Source: a virus (taxonomy: Duplodnaviria > Caudoviricetes). Taken from it: 40,953 nucleotides of DNA. The translations under genes and the position numbers were made by a program. A model generated the notes under the pieces. The model was given only the letters and a program-made list of their open reading frames with translations, was not told the origin of the DNA and did not search any database. Below, piece by piece: positions 16,299 through 26,565 of this stretch; position 1 is the stretch's first letter, and each line of letters starts with the position of its first letter. The DNA lies in the IMG/VR virus record IMGVR_UViG_3300049164_000113, positions 1 to 40,953 of that record; one strand, 5' to 3'.

Positions 16299-16395
16299 TC
16301 CTGAGCGAATTACCAGCTCACCGGGCGGTGAGGCGAACGGTCAGCGTACCGCCGACATGCCTCCGAAAGGCCTAGAGTTCGCCACAACTCCGCCA

Positions 16396-17004
16396 CTATG
16401 TGATCACGGGAGTCGAGAACACGTCTAGGCGTACGGGTCCGACCTTGCCGAGTCGGTGCGGGACCGGATCCCCATACGCCGCGATCCACCAATCCAATCC
16501 CCACGCATCGGTTTTCCAGCTGACCTGCACGCGGGCTCGCACCTGTTGGCCGGCGGGCAACGTGATCACATCCCCGATCGGGACAGTCGCGGTCGGATGC
16601 CGATCCTCCAGCAGGATGTACACCGCCACGGTGGGGCCCACATCGCCGGTGCCCGCATCGACAAGGCCGCGGACTCGTGATTCCTCGGTGAGTGTCGGTG
16701 TCGGCGGGGCGGCCCCGAAACTCGTTCCCCATTGATGCCGGATCACCAGGTGTTTGAGTCCGTCGATGCTGTAGCGGATGGGGCCTTGAGTCATCAGCGC
16801 GTACACCGATTGCGTGATGCCGGTGGTGTTCGTCCATGCGACATCGACCGTGAACAGGATGGTGCCCGCCGCGTTGTTGGCTGGGGTGAAGGTCGCGCCC
16901 CCGCCCTGCGCGGTCGCGCGATGTTGAAACTGCCACTGCCGCAACGGTGACAGCTCGCCATCGGTGACATCGAAGAACTGCGGCTCGATGCAGGGGTTGG
17001 TCAT
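16396..17004 (-). CDS. minor tail protein
   Basis: MTNPCIEPQFF...; paralogous to the two upstream genes (WTN.T, N-terminal Cys). Confidence 0.75.
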   Translation of the reverse strand: MTNPCIEPQFFDVTDGELSPLRQWQFQHRATAQGGGATFTPANNAAGTILFTVDVAWTNTTGITQSVYALMTQGPIRYSIDGLKHLVIRHQWGTSFGAAPPTPTLTEESRVRGLVDAGTGDVGPTVAVYILLEDRHPTATVPIGDVITLPAGQQVRARVQVSWKTDAWGLDWWIAAYGDPVPHRLGKVGPVRLDVFSTPVIT

Positions 17005-17588
17005 GGTGTCGCCTCCGGGGCCGCCCACAGCCGCATACGCACCCAGTAGGCGCGCACCACCTGTAGCGCGGTGTTGGGTGTCCGCCACTGGCCCGGCGAT
17101 GTGTAGAGGGCCGCATAGCGGGCGTGGACGGTCTGGCCAGGGGTGAGGGTGCCGATCGGTTCGTAGCGCACCGAGTCGTCCCACCCTCGAAACAAGCGGC
17201 CGTACACGATCTGATTGAGATTGAACGGCGTCAACGAGACTCGGGCGCCGATCCCGTCATCGGACGCGTACGGGGTCGGTGCGTTCGGTGCGGTCCCGGT
17301 ATCCCAGGAGAGCGCGTCATCCAGCACATAGGTGTTCGGGTTGGAGGCGATGATCACCCGCGGTGCGCGGTGGATCTCCACCCACACCCGCTGTTGCGCA
17401 TCGGTCGAATTCGTCCAGCTGATCTCGGATTCGATGAACGGCACCGGATCCGGGCTGCGTTCCACTGCGCCGTCGCGCGTGCTCGTGGTGAATCGTTCGG
17501 CGACTGGACGCGGAAACCACGACGCATCCAGGCCGGTCCCGCGCGGTGAGGAAAACATCCACTCCGACGAGCAAATCGACAGGCTCAT
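17001..17588 (-). CDS. minor tail protein
   Basis: Paralogue (SWTNST...IIASNPN...MRLWA.P). Confidence 0.75.
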   Translation of the reverse strand: MSLSICSSEWMFSSPRGTGLDASWFPRPVAERFTTSTRDGAVERSPDPVPFIESEISWTNSTDAQQRVWVEIHRAPRVIIASNPNTYVLDDALSWDTGTAPNAPTPYASDDGIGARVSLTPFNLNQIVYGRLFRGWDDSVRYEPIGTLTPGQTVHARYAALYTSPGQWRTPNTALQVVRAYWVRMRLWAAPEATP

Positions 17589-18199
17589 TGGACCGCCTCA
17601 TCCATCATCGGGAAAGCCCACAACCTGAGCTTGACGCCACGCGCGTACGCCTCGTGCAACGGCAAATTCGCGTTGGCGTTGTTGGACCACGGCGGGGGAG
17701 TCCACACATAACAGCGGTAGTGCACATTCAGCGTCGACCCGGCCGGCAGTTCGTACCATTCCTCGCTGGCGGTGACCGGGTAGTCCTGATACAGCCGCCC
17801 CGGGTCGGGTTGGCCGGCGTTGTCGGTGCCGATGTCCATCGCCTGCGTGCACAAGCTGTTGACGAGGGCGTAGGAGTTGGGGACGGTCGGGGTGCCGTCG
17901 ATCCGGTGAGTCCACGAATCCCAGATCTGCACCGCGTTGGGGTTGCTGCTGATGATGGTGCGGTAGCGGCGGATCACCTGCAACCGCATCCGCGACGGCA
18001 GCGGACTATCCGAGGTCCATGACGCCTGCGCTTCCACCATCAGACGGCCCGGTTGCGCGGTGAGCCCTGCCCCCGTGATCGCCCCGTCACCAGTCGCGGT
18101 CGCGGTCACCTGCGCCACCATCCGCGGCGCACTCCATTTCGCCAACCCGAGCTTGCCCGCGCTGATTGACAGGTTCCGGCTGACACAAATTTCAGGCAC
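17585..18199 (-). CDS. minor tail protein
   Basis: Paralogue (SWTSDS...IISSNPN...LRLWAFP). Confidence 0.75.
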   Translation of the reverse strand: MPEICVSRNLSISAGKLGLAKWSAPRMVAQVTATATGDGAITGAGLTAQPGRLMVEAQASWTSDSPLPSRMRLQVIRRYRTIISSNPNAVQIWDSWTHRIDGTPTVPNSYALVNSLCTQAMDIGTDNAGQPDPGRLYQDYPVTASEEWYELPAGSTLNVHYRCYVWTPPPWSNNANANLPLHEAYARGVKLRLWAFPMMDEAVQ

Positions 18200-18201
18200 G
18201 C

Positions 18202-18867
18202 CTATTCCTTCCTGGACGCGAGCGACAGCGACAGCGATGTGGGGATCGGGTTATCGAACCCGCCCGCCCCGACCAACCGGGATGCGGAGGGCTGTGCCCA
18301 CAACCCCACCGTCTGACCGGCCGTCAGCGACAACATCCCGGAGATAGTGGAGTTGATGACGACGTTGCCGCCGGTCTCCAAAACCCGGCTGGCCAACCGG
18401 GTTTCGCCATCGACGTACACCAACGCCATCAGCATCGCGCCGCCAGCGGAAAACCAGACTGTCGCGCTGACGTTGTAGAGGCCGGTCACCGGCACGATCA
18501 CCGCGTCCAACTTGGCTTTGCCGCCGGTCCAGTCCCCACCGGCCTGGGCCGCGACCCCATCGAATTCCACCCAGGCCCCGGCATTGGTCACGGTCTGGTC
18601 GGCGGTGCGGGTCACGATCACCGCGGCCGGGGTGTCGGTGGTGATGGCGTCCGGGTCGTCTTCCCCGGTGGTGGGCTGCTGTGCGAGCACCACCGATCCG
18701 CCGGCCACGTGGGAGACGATCAGATGGCCCTCGTCGGAGGTGGAGATCACCCACTTTCCGACGCGTTGGGATGTCGGGTTCTCCAAGCTTTCGAGGCGGC
18801 GATTGGTGTCACGCGCCCACTCGGCATCATTGACCGGCTGGTTGATCGGCTCTGCGGTCCCACTCAT
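18202..18867 (-). CDS. minor tail protein with C1q/TNF-like C-terminal domain
   Basis: EWARDT.RRL..LE.P.S.RVG.WV N-terminus; VPVTGLY.V.A and L..GQTV beta-sandwich pattern. Confidence 0.7.
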   Translation of the reverse strand: MSGTAEPINQPVNDAEWARDTNRRLESLENPTSQRVGKWVISTSDEGHLIVSHVAGGSVVLAQQPTTGEDDPDAITTDTPAAVIVTRTADQTVTNAGAWVEFDGVAAQAGGDWTGGKAKLDAVIVPVTGLYNVSATVWFSAGGAMLMALVYVDGETRLASRVLETGGNVVINSTISGMLSLTAGQTVGLWAQPSASRLVGAGGFDNPIPTSLSLSLASRKE

Positions 18868-19874
18868 CCCTGTACCTGTCCTCCTGCTTGCTCCAGCTCG
18901 GTCAGGTCATCGGGAGTGGACAGCCGGACCGCGACTTCCATGCCGGTGCTCGACCCTGTGACGGTCACCTGATCCAGTCGCAGCACCGTACGTAGTCCCA
19001 GCGCAGACACCATCAAATAGACACCGGGCACCAGCATGTCCAGCTCCACCGGCGCATCCACCGAGAGGGTCGCGGTCGGTGGGATCACCAATTCATCGCG
19101 GATCGTCGCCCGGCGCCGGATGTATTGGCCCGCCGCAGTGGCGATATTCGCCACGCCCTTCAAATCATCGAGCGACATGATCGATTGCAGGTGCAGGCCG
19201 GCGAGGTCAGTGCGCTCGGTCGTGGAACCGTTCTTGCCTTGCACCCGCACATCATTGGAAGTGCGTGCACCGGACCGGCGGATCTTCGCGCCACCGGAGA
19301 TATCGCATTCCGCCAGCTCGGCCACGATCCGGACCGGCTGATCCCCCAGGATCGGACGCCCACGCACCACCGTCCACCGCAAACCCATCTTCGCCAGCTC
19401 GCTCATGTCCTGGTGCATCATCCGCAGGTCTGCGGCCACCGAGAAGTCATAGGGCGCGTCGATCCGTGCGGGCAGGGTTTCGGGTTCAGCCGCAATATTG
19501 TGCAGGCGGAGCATGTTCCGCCACATGTCCGCGGCGATCGGTGCCACGTCCATCTGCTGCCACTGCTGGGTGATCTGAGTGCGGGTGCGCCACATGAAGG
19601 TGGACACGTCGCGGACATCGACGCTCATGCTGGTCCGGTCCCGGCTCAGCTCCTGCACCGGCCCCGTCCACTGGAGGCTTTGCCCATGCCAGCACGACAC
19701 CCAATGCACCCACGGCGTGATCTCGGGGGTGATCTCCTGCACCGGCGCGGTCAACGACAGCCGCGACACCTCGGTTTGTTCTCGGGTCCAGCTGAAATTG
19801 CCGGGGCATTCGACCGCCCCCAGCATCGCACCATCGACAGTGTGTACCCCGAACACGGGCGGTTCCAGTCTCAC
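18864..19874 (-). CDS. minor tail protein (baseplate hub-like)
   Basis: Second large gene after the TMP; SWTRE..EVSR...PWVHW...WTGPV; GTGA start overlap. Confidence 0.75.
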   Translation of the reverse strand: MRLEPPVFGVHTVDGAMLGAVECPGNFSWTREQTEVSRLSLTAPVQEITPEITPWVHWVSCWHGQSLQWTGPVQELSRDRTSMSVDVRDVSTFMWRTRTQITQQWQQMDVAPIAADMWRNMLRLHNIAAEPETLPARIDAPYDFSVAADLRMMHQDMSELAKMGLRWTVVRGRPILGDQPVRIVAELAECDISGGAKIRRSGARTSNDVRVQGKNGSTTERTDLAGLHLQSIMSLDDLKGVANIATAAGQYIRRRATIRDELVIPPTATLSVDAPVELDMLVPGVYLMVSALGLRTVLRLDQVTVTGSSTGMEVAVRLSTPDDLTELEQAGGQVQG

Positions 19875-21127
19875 GCGGACCGCCCCCGAACCTGCACCTC
19901 CACAGTGAAATCCGCGCCGGGCGCGTGCTCGGCCACCAACTCCCAGCACTGCCCGGCATCGAGCACCGTCGACGTCCACGGCGCACCCGAAGGTGTCGAC
20001 ACGATATTGCGTTGCTGCACTTGGCGGCTGTCCACGATCCCGTAGGCGCGTCCGGTCACCGAGTCCGCCACGATCGTCCCGCCGGCCGGTAGTCCCGCGA
20101 TGGACAGGAACCCGGTCCGGTCACACATCGCGGTCACCCCGCACGGCCGGAACCAGAAATTCACCGACACCGGCGCAGCCCCCGCCGTCACGGTGATCGT
20201 GACCGCTTGGTCGACACACAGCACGCCCGCCGCAGTGGGAATGGTCGAGACCCGGGTCGTGACTTCGCAGACCGGGATACAGCCCGAGCACACCGGCGGC
20301 TGCACCGGCCGCGTATCGATGATGTTCGGCACGCATTCGACGCTGGCCAGTACCGGCATCTCCGCACAAGATTCGGGCTCCTCGCAATCGGGAGCGTGTG
20401 TCCACGTGATCTGTTCGACGGTGGTGGAGTCCCACACGATCGTTTCGGCGGTGACCGGCCCATAGGTGTAGGGGTCCATCACCCCCAGCGTGAATTCGGC
20501 TTGGAACAGCGCGCCTTGCCGGTTGTCCTCCCCGCGCGTATTCCGGCTCGAAGTCACGCGGGGTTCTTTGGCGAGCACTACCCGGTTCATGGTGCGCCGC
20601 AACAACGCCGGGGAGGCACTGGAGTTCTCCGGATGGGCGGCCAGGAACTCCAGCGTCGTCCCCGCCCACGCCTTCGCCGGACGCAACCGGCACGCCAGCC
20701 ACTCCAACCCATAGGCCGCGCCCGCGTTCGTGCACGCCACGATCGCGACCTCCACGGTGAGAGTGCGTGCGGCGTCGCGGTGCGGTCCCGCGACCCCACC
20801 CGCACACAACGCGTCAGCGATTTGCCGGTCCACCGGTGTCGGACCCCACCCCTCCACGGCCGTCACCCAAAACCCCAGCAACTCCGCCGATTGCGGGATG
20901 TTCGGGTCGTACCAGGGCGCGTTGGGGATCACGTACACGTCGTCGGAGTTGAACGCGCGCAAGCCGGGCCAGGAGTCGTCGTATTGCACGTAGTCGGCGC
21001 GGCACACACACATCGCCTGCGCCAACGCCTCTTCCATCGACTCCGGGATCCCGGGCTGGGCGTGGGCGACCAGGCGGGAGGTGTTGGTCAGTTCGGCACC
21101 GCCGACCGCGAGATATCCGCGAAACAC
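19871..21127 (-). CDS. minor tail protein (distal tail-like), Cys-rich
   Basis: MFRGYL..GG.EL.N.SR...APWYDP..P.S.E..G.W; follows the TMP. Confidence 0.8.
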   Translation of the reverse strand: MFRGYLAVGGAELTNTSRLVAHAQPGIPESMEEALAQAMCVCRADYVQYDDSWPGLRAFNSDDVYVIPNAPWYDPNIPQSAELLGFWVTAVEGWGPTPVDRQIADALCAGGVAGPHRDAARTLTVEVAIVACTNAGAAYGLEWLACRLRPAKAWAGTTLEFLAAHPENSSASPALLRRTMNRVVLAKEPRVTSSRNTRGEDNRQGALFQAEFTLGVMDPYTYGPVTAETIVWDSTTVEQITWTHAPDCEEPESCAEMPVLASVECVPNIIDTRPVQPPVCSGCIPVCEVTTRVSTIPTAAGVLCVDQAVTITVTAGAAPVSVNFWFRPCGVTAMCDRTGFLSIAGLPAGGTIVADSVTGRAYGIVDSRQVQQRNIVSTPSGAPWTSTVLDAGQCWELVAEHAPGADFTVEVQVRGRSA

Positions 21128-21128
21128 C

Positions 21129-21296
21129 TCACACCTCCGGTTCTGGGATCGGTACGGGCAGCGGCGGATTCGGTGGCCTCACACCCGCCAGCCCGCGATA
21201 GCCACGCTCAGCTGGTTCGGCGGCCGGCGCATCCGGGACGCCTACCGAGCGTTGCTCGAGGTCTTGCGCCTGCGCGGGAAACACGGTGCCCTCCAT
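21129..21296 (-). CDS. 55-aa Pro-rich hypothetical protein
   Basis: Translated by hand (MEGTVFPAQAQ...PIPEPEV). TGATG overlap with the TMP stop; fills the gap. Confidence 0.45.
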   Translation of the reverse strand: MEGTVFPAQAQDLEQRSVGVPDAPAAEPAERGYRGLAGVRPPNPPLPVPIPEPEV

Positions 21297-24200
21297 CAGT
21301 TCAGCAGGTCGAGTAGGTGGGATTGCACGGCTTGCGGGCCACCGGCCCCGATGTAGGTGATCGGTGCGTTCACCGTGCTGACACCGCGGCCCTGACCGGA
21401 CTCCAGCGCGGTGACCATCCGGTCGAACAACTGGGTTTGCCGGGGGCTGAGCACCCGCTCCGGCTCCACGATGTCCTTCGGCATGAGGCCCTTTCCGATC
21501 GCCACACCGCCGGAGTCGAACGAGTCGATGGCTGCGCCTGCGCCGATCGCGAGACCGGCGACCATCACCGATGCGAGACCGGCCAGGGCCGCGCCTACCA
21601 CCGCGCCGATCGCCGCGCCGATCGCGGTACCGATCACCGGGATAAACGACCCGATAGCGGCACCGATGGCGGTAGTGGCCAGGGTGATCATCGCGCCCAG
21701 GATCGCTGTCAGGATCGGGATTAGTACCGCGGTCATCAGATACCGCAACACGGCTTTGATTAGCTCCCGGTTGATCCGGTTTTGTTCGGAGATCACCAGA
21801 TCCCGGCTGGATTCGTTGCGCTGCATCAGCTCCGCGGTGTCGGCCACGATCCGGCCCGACGAATCGAAGGTGCCGATGAGGTCCTTACGCATGCCCTGGA
21901 TCTGCTCCAAGGTCTCGATCAAGGTGTCTCGCACCTCGATCTCTGCGCCCGTGACCTTCACAATCAAATCAACCAAGGTGCCTCCCGAAATATCCTTTCC
22001 GAGAACACCTTTCGACTCATCCACCCGCGACGGTTTCTGTGCGAGCGCGGCGTTGGCGACGGTCTGGGCCACCTGCTGGAAGGTTTGTGCGGCCGTATTC
22101 GCGACGGACACAACGGCATCGGAGATTGCCGCAGCGGCATCGAACGCGCTGCCAGGCTGCCCGAACGGCACCGTCTGCGTGCTGCCCTCGGACGGCAAAT
22201 TCTGGACGGCGGCGGTGGTGCGGTCCGTACCGGCGGTGATCTGCTTCCCGATGCCGGACAGCCAGTCCTCAACCACATTGATCGATGAATCCATGGCCGA
22301 CTTCACGACCGGCATCAGCACATCGAACCCGAGCTGGTGGGCGATACCGTCCAACGCGGACTGGAGTTGCGCGGTCTGATTCGCCACCACCAGTTCCTGC
22401 GACGATTCGTTGCGTTCGATCAGATCCCGTGTCTCAGCGAGGGTTTGGCCCTGCTCGGCGATAGCTTGCTGGGTTTGCTCCACCTGTCGGGCTTGCTGCT
22501 GCTCAGCCACAGAGTTCACGGCCGTCGCCCCGGACCCCAAGCCCGCGATGCGTTGCAGCGCCGCCACCAAGGTTTCGAAAAGACGGGTTTGGGTCGGGTC
22601 CAGGACTCGTTCGGGCTCCAGCACATTTTTGGGCATGAAGCCCACGCCGGTGGCGATACCGCCAGCATCGAACGGCGTCAGTGCCTCGAACGCCCGACCC
22701 GCCAACTCCTGGGCCTTCTGCCACGCAGACGGCAGCAGATCACCCAAACCGCCCACCAGGTCCGCGACATGCTCGGCGGACTTGTCTTGCAGGATCTCCA
22801 ACCCTCGCGCCGGGATAGCCCGGATCGCGGGCGGAGGCAACCCGATCGCTGTTTGCATCTCCGCACGGATCGGGTCAGTGATCTCCCGGAACACCCGATC
22901 GATCTGGCGCTGCACGAAATTGCGTTGCTCAGGCACGGACGGACCCACCGACCCGCCGCCGGTCGACGGCTGGAAAAAGCCGTTCGCGCCGATCGGCAAC
23001 CCATACAAGCTGGCGAACGAGTCGACCGGGGTACCGCGACCGTAATGCACATTCCCCAGCGCGCCACCGGATTCCACCCGTGCGGCCGGGATACCGAGTT
23101 CCGGGATACCACGCAGCTCGCCGGCGGTGTGCCCGCCACCCGGGCCGCCCGGATCATCGGTGATGCCCACCAGCATGCCGACGCCCTCGCGCAGGTTTTT
23201 CACCAGACCTTGCGCACCGACCTGCGGGTAGCCCGCGAACGAGCTTGTGGCCCAATACCGTTGCCACGGATTCCCGCCCAGAATCGCGGCGATGATGCTG
23301 CCCATGAACCCGGAGCAGTCGAACGAGTCACCCACGAACCGTGGCCCCGCCCACTGATACGGCCGCCCGTCCTGCGCCCGCGCGAACTCATGCCCGGCCC
23401 GCAGCTGATGCATCCACGGCAGCACCGCGCCACCCTCACGGAACCGCGGCAGCAACGGATCGAACAACCCCTCTGGGGAGACGTTGCCGAAGCCTTTGGC
23501 GCGCACCGCCGCCCCATACGCATCCAGATTCTCCCGGCCCAGGTCTTGAACGATCCGCCCGCCGTCCCACGAGAACGGCACACCTCGCGCGATCATGTCG
23601 CGAATCGCATACCAGACGTTTTGCCCTCCGGCCGCCAGTACCTCGGAGGCTTTAACGATGTGCTCACCGGTCGACAACCACGCCGGGATACTGTCCGACG
23701 TGCCGGTCCCCGGCCCGAAAACCGCGCCACCACCAGCGAATCCGAGCACGACAGGTTCCATCGGCTCCAAGCCCGGCAAGAAATCCGCTGCCTGATTCCA
23801 GGCCTTGCGCAAGCCGTCGTTCCATACGGTGTTGACGAAAAACCTGACCGGGACCGCAACGAGTTCCTTGAGCTGATTCCATTTCTCACCGATCGCGTCG
23901 ACGCCGGTGTCGAACCAGCCGCGCAACCGCTCGAGTCCGCGACCCGCACCCGGGAACACGGTTTCGGTGAGCCAGTCGACCGCCTCAGTGATCCGGTCCG
24001 ACATCCAGCCGACTCCGGCACCGATGACGTCGAACACGAATCCGGCGACGCGGGCGGTGTTCTGGAGTGCGGGGATCAGGATCGGCAGCAGAATGTTCTC
24101 GGCCAACCAGGTCAGCAGCTCCATGTATTTGACCGTGACCGGGGCCAGCTCCACGAAGATCCGCAGCAGCGACGGCAGCAGATCGGCCGCCATCTTCGCG

Positions 24201-26518
24201 AGTTCCGGCAGCAGCGGCAGCACCGCGAGCATCAGATTCGAGAACGCACGCACGATATCCGGCAGCACTGGGGCTATCTGCCGGATCGCGTCGGCCAGCG
24301 CCACCCCGATCGTTTTCGCCACCTCAGCCAAGATCGGCGCCATCTGCTCGATCACCGGCTTCATCTGGTCCGCGAATTGGGCGATCACCGGGGCGAGCGC
24401 GGCAAAGATGTCGGACAGGGCTGGAGCGAGGGCGATAAGCACCGCAGACAGCGACTCAGCGATCAGCGGAATCAGCGGTGCTACTGCGCTGACCAGGCCA
24501 GCGAAGCTCTCAGCCAGCGGCCCGAGCGAGGGTGCGAGCGCCCGGAACGCTTCGGCCAGGACCTCACCCACCACCACCGCGACCTGCGCGAGAGGCTCGA
24601 TCATCGGGCGCAGCGCATCGAACATCGCGGACAGCAGATCCGCGATCACCGGCAAAACGGGCTGCAAACCCTCAGCCAGTTCCCGGATGAACAGGGACAG
24701 GCTCGGCATGACCGCAGTCAGCGAATCCGCGAAAATCCGGCCGAGATCACCCAGCGCCGGAGCGATAGCCACGAGCGCGTCCCCCAGCGCTTCGAACAGC
24801 GGTTGCAGGCTCGGCAGGACCCGGTCAACGATCGTGATCAGCGAGGTGACCAGCGACCCCAGCAGCGGACCCACACCGGTCAGGGCCTGCGTCAGGCCCT
24901 CGAACATCGAGGACAGCAGACCCGAATCCGCCGCGGCGGTGAACGCCTTACCGATCTCCCCGCCGATGGACGCGAAAGCCTGCCCCAGCCCGAACATCGC
25001 AGGCTCAGCCACAGCGACCAGATCGAGCATCCCCTGTGTGAATCCGCCTGTACCGGCCTGCATCCCGGCCAGCAGATTCGAGGTACCAGCGAAAACGCTG
25101 CGCAGACCTTCCAATCCGCGCGCGGACCCTATGAAGTTCAGGAAGCTGTCGGCGGCGTTGTTCATCTCGCCCGCGACACCGACCATGCCCTCCTGGACCA
25201 CCGGCAGCACCCGGACACCGAGATCGGTCAGGGTCGCGCCCAGGCCCTCGAACGCCTCCTGTTGGACGGCGTCGCCCAGGCCCTCGGTCAGCGGCTTCAA
25301 ATCCCTTGCCGCCAACACGAATTCCCGCGCGCTGGGCGCGAGCTTCGCCATGGCCTTCGCGTAGGCCTCCGCCGAAGGAGTGCCGGCCGACTGCGCCTCG
25401 GCTACGGCCGCCTGTGCTTGGGCTACCGCCCGCTGCGCTGCCTCGGACTGCCGCGCCGCCGCCTGCACCCGCTTATCGGCCTCGGCTGCACGGTCTTTCG
25501 CCGCGACAACCCGATCACCGTTCTCGATCCCTTTCTCTTGCGCGGTGGCCGCTTCCTCGGCCACGTCCTTCCCGCGCTCGACCGCCTCATCCAAGTTGAG
25601 CTGCGCGCGTTCGACGCGCACGAGAGCTTCCCGGTATTCGTCGTAGGTTTTCGCCTTGCCCACGGCTTTCTGCGCCTGCTCCAGCGAAAGAGCAGCCTCT
25701 TTCTGCGAGAGCACCGAACCGCGCAGTTTCAATTGCAGGTCTTCGAGGTCTTCGGCCTGGAGCCGGTAGGAGTCCGCTACATCCCGGTTCGCCTCGTCCT
25801 GGTCGCGGACCGCGTCGGTGTAGGACTCCTGCGCCGACGTAGCGCCGTCCAACGCGGACTCCAACGAGTTCTGTGCGGACGCAATCGCTCTCGCTGACGC
25901 AGCGGCCTCTTCCGGCCCCTTCTCCGCCGCGTCGGCGGCCGCGTCGAACGCATCCTTCATCCCAGACAGGGCGACCGTGGCCGTACCGGCCGCCGCGGCG
26001 ATAGCCGGACCCAGCGCCGCCGCCCCGACTACCAGACCACCGACCGCCCCCGCTGCTACGGCGGCTGCGCCGCCGATCGCCGCGATACCGGCCGCGCCGC
26101 CGCCACCGAGAAGGCCCGCCGCGAGCAGCACTCGCCGCATCGAGGAATCCATACGACCGAGACCGGCGATGCCCCGGTCAACATCGACATCGACCTCTTG
26201 CCGGATGGGACGCGCGGCCTCCTGCAACGCCCGCCGCAACGCCTCGAAATCCGCCAGCGCCTGCGCCTGGTCGAACCGCACATCGACCGGGACGCTCATC
26301 CGGAACAGCCCGGAGCGTTCCATATCCCGCAGGTCGTCCAGGAGCTCGCGGGCGAAGTCGAATGTGTTGGGCTGGACGCGGACCGGGATATCGAGGGGAT
26401 TGGCCGCCATGCTGGCTTGCGCCTGGCGCATGCCATCGAGCACCGCGTCCCGCAGGTCGGCCGCGAAGCCGGACGCGTCTACGGTGACCGGGATACGCAC
26501 GCCGCCAGGTGAAGTCAC
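21296..26518 (-). CDS. tape measure protein with NlpC/P60-like peptidase motif
   Basis: 1740 aa, Ala/Leu helical repeats; PYQWAG....DSFDCSG...GHTA; FxxGG motifs; leaderless GTG. Confidence 0.95.
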   Translation of the reverse strand: MTSPGGVRIPVTVDASGFAADLRDAVLDGMRQAQASMAANPLDIPVRVQPNTFDFARELLDDLRDMERSGLFRMSVPVDVRFDQAQALADFEALRRALQEAARPIRQEVDVDVDRGIAGLGRMDSSMRRVLLAAGLLGGGGAAGIAAIGGAAAVAAGAVGGLVVGAAALGPAIAAAAGTATVALSGMKDAFDAAADAAEKGPEEAAASARAIASAQNSLESALDGATSAQESYTDAVRDQDEANRDVADSYRLQAEDLEDLQLKLRGSVLSQKEAALSLEQAQKAVGKAKTYDEYREALVRVERAQLNLDEAVERGKDVAEEAATAQEKGIENGDRVVAAKDRAAEADKRVQAAARQSEAAQRAVAQAQAAVAEAQSAGTPSAEAYAKAMAKLAPSAREFVLAARDLKPLTEGLGDAVQQEAFEGLGATLTDLGVRVLPVVQEGMVGVAGEMNNAADSFLNFIGSARGLEGLRSVFAGTSNLLAGMQAGTGGFTQGMLDLVAVAEPAMFGLGQAFASIGGEIGKAFTAAADSGLLSSMFEGLTQALTGVGPLLGSLVTSLITIVDRVLPSLQPLFEALGDALVAIAPALGDLGRIFADSLTAVMPSLSLFIRELAEGLQPVLPVIADLLSAMFDALRPMIEPLAQVAVVVGEVLAEAFRALAPSLGPLAESFAGLVSAVAPLIPLIAESLSAVLIALAPALSDIFAALAPVIAQFADQMKPVIEQMAPILAEVAKTIGVALADAIRQIAPVLPDIVRAFSNLMLAVLPLLPELAKMAADLLPSLLRIFVELAPVTVKYMELLTWLAENILLPILIPALQNTARVAGFVFDVIGAGVGWMSDRITEAVDWLTETVFPGAGRGLERLRGWFDTGVDAIGEKWNQLKELVAVPVRFFVNTVWNDGLRKAWNQAADFLPGLEPMEPVVLGFAGGGAVFGPGTGTSDSIPAWLSTGEHIVKASEVLAAGGQNVWYAIRDMIARGVPFSWDGGRIVQDLGRENLDAYGAAVRAKGFGNVSPEGLFDPLLPRFREGGAVLPWMHQLRAGHEFARAQDGRPYQWAGPRFVGDSFDCSGFMGSIIAAILGGNPWQRYWATSSFAGYPQVGAQGLVKNLREGVGMLVGITDDPGGPGGGHTAGELRGIPELGIPAARVESGGALGNVHYGRGTPVDSFASLYGLPIGANGFFQPSTGGGSVGPSVPEQRNFVQRQIDRVFREITDPIRAEMQTAIGLPPPAIRAIPARGLEILQDKSAEHVADLVGGLGDLLPSAWQKAQELAGRAFEALTPFDAGGIATGVGFMPKNVLEPERVLDPTQTRLFETLVAALQRIAGLGSGATAVNSVAEQQQARQVEQTQQAIAEQGQTLAETRDLIERNESSQELVVANQTAQLQSALDGIAHQLGFDVLMPVVKSAMDSSINVVEDWLSGIGKQITAGTDRTTAAVQNLPSEGSTQTVPFGQPGSAFDAAAAISDAVVSVANTAAQTFQQVAQTVANAALAQKPSRVDESKGVLGKDISGGTLVDLIVKVTGAEIEVRDTLIETLEQIQGMRKDLIGTFDSSGRIVADTAELMQRNESSRDLVISEQNRINRELIKAVLRYLMTAVLIPILTAILGAMITLATTAIGAAIGSFIPVIGTAIGAAIGAVVGAALAGLASVMVAGLAIGAGAAIDSFDSGGVAIGKGLMPKDIVEPERVLSPRQTQLFDRMVTALESGQGRGVSTVNAPITYIGAGGPQAVQSHLLDLLN

Positions 26519-26524
26519 GCGCGG

Positions 26525-26546
26525 ACGGTGACAAACAGGGGCGCAA
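26525..26546 (-). promoter_or_regulatory. late promoter TTGCGCCCC-N7-CACCGT, leaderless to the TMP
   Basis: GTG 6 nt after the -10. Confidence 0.7.
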
Positions 26547-26565
26547 TCCCCAGGTCAGTGCAGCA

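Noticed and set aside
16396-21127. Diversity-generating retroelement or invertible tail-fibre cassette
   Set aside because: No reverse transcriptase, invertase or near-identical template/variable repeat seen; the three paralogous tail genes are highly diverged.
22337-25897. 1186-aa plus-strand ORF and other long antisense ORFs (23907-25364, 30814-32574, 33409-35316, 38331-39638)
   Set aside because: Shadow frames opposite clear structural genes in GC-rich DNA; no recognisable motifs or start signals.
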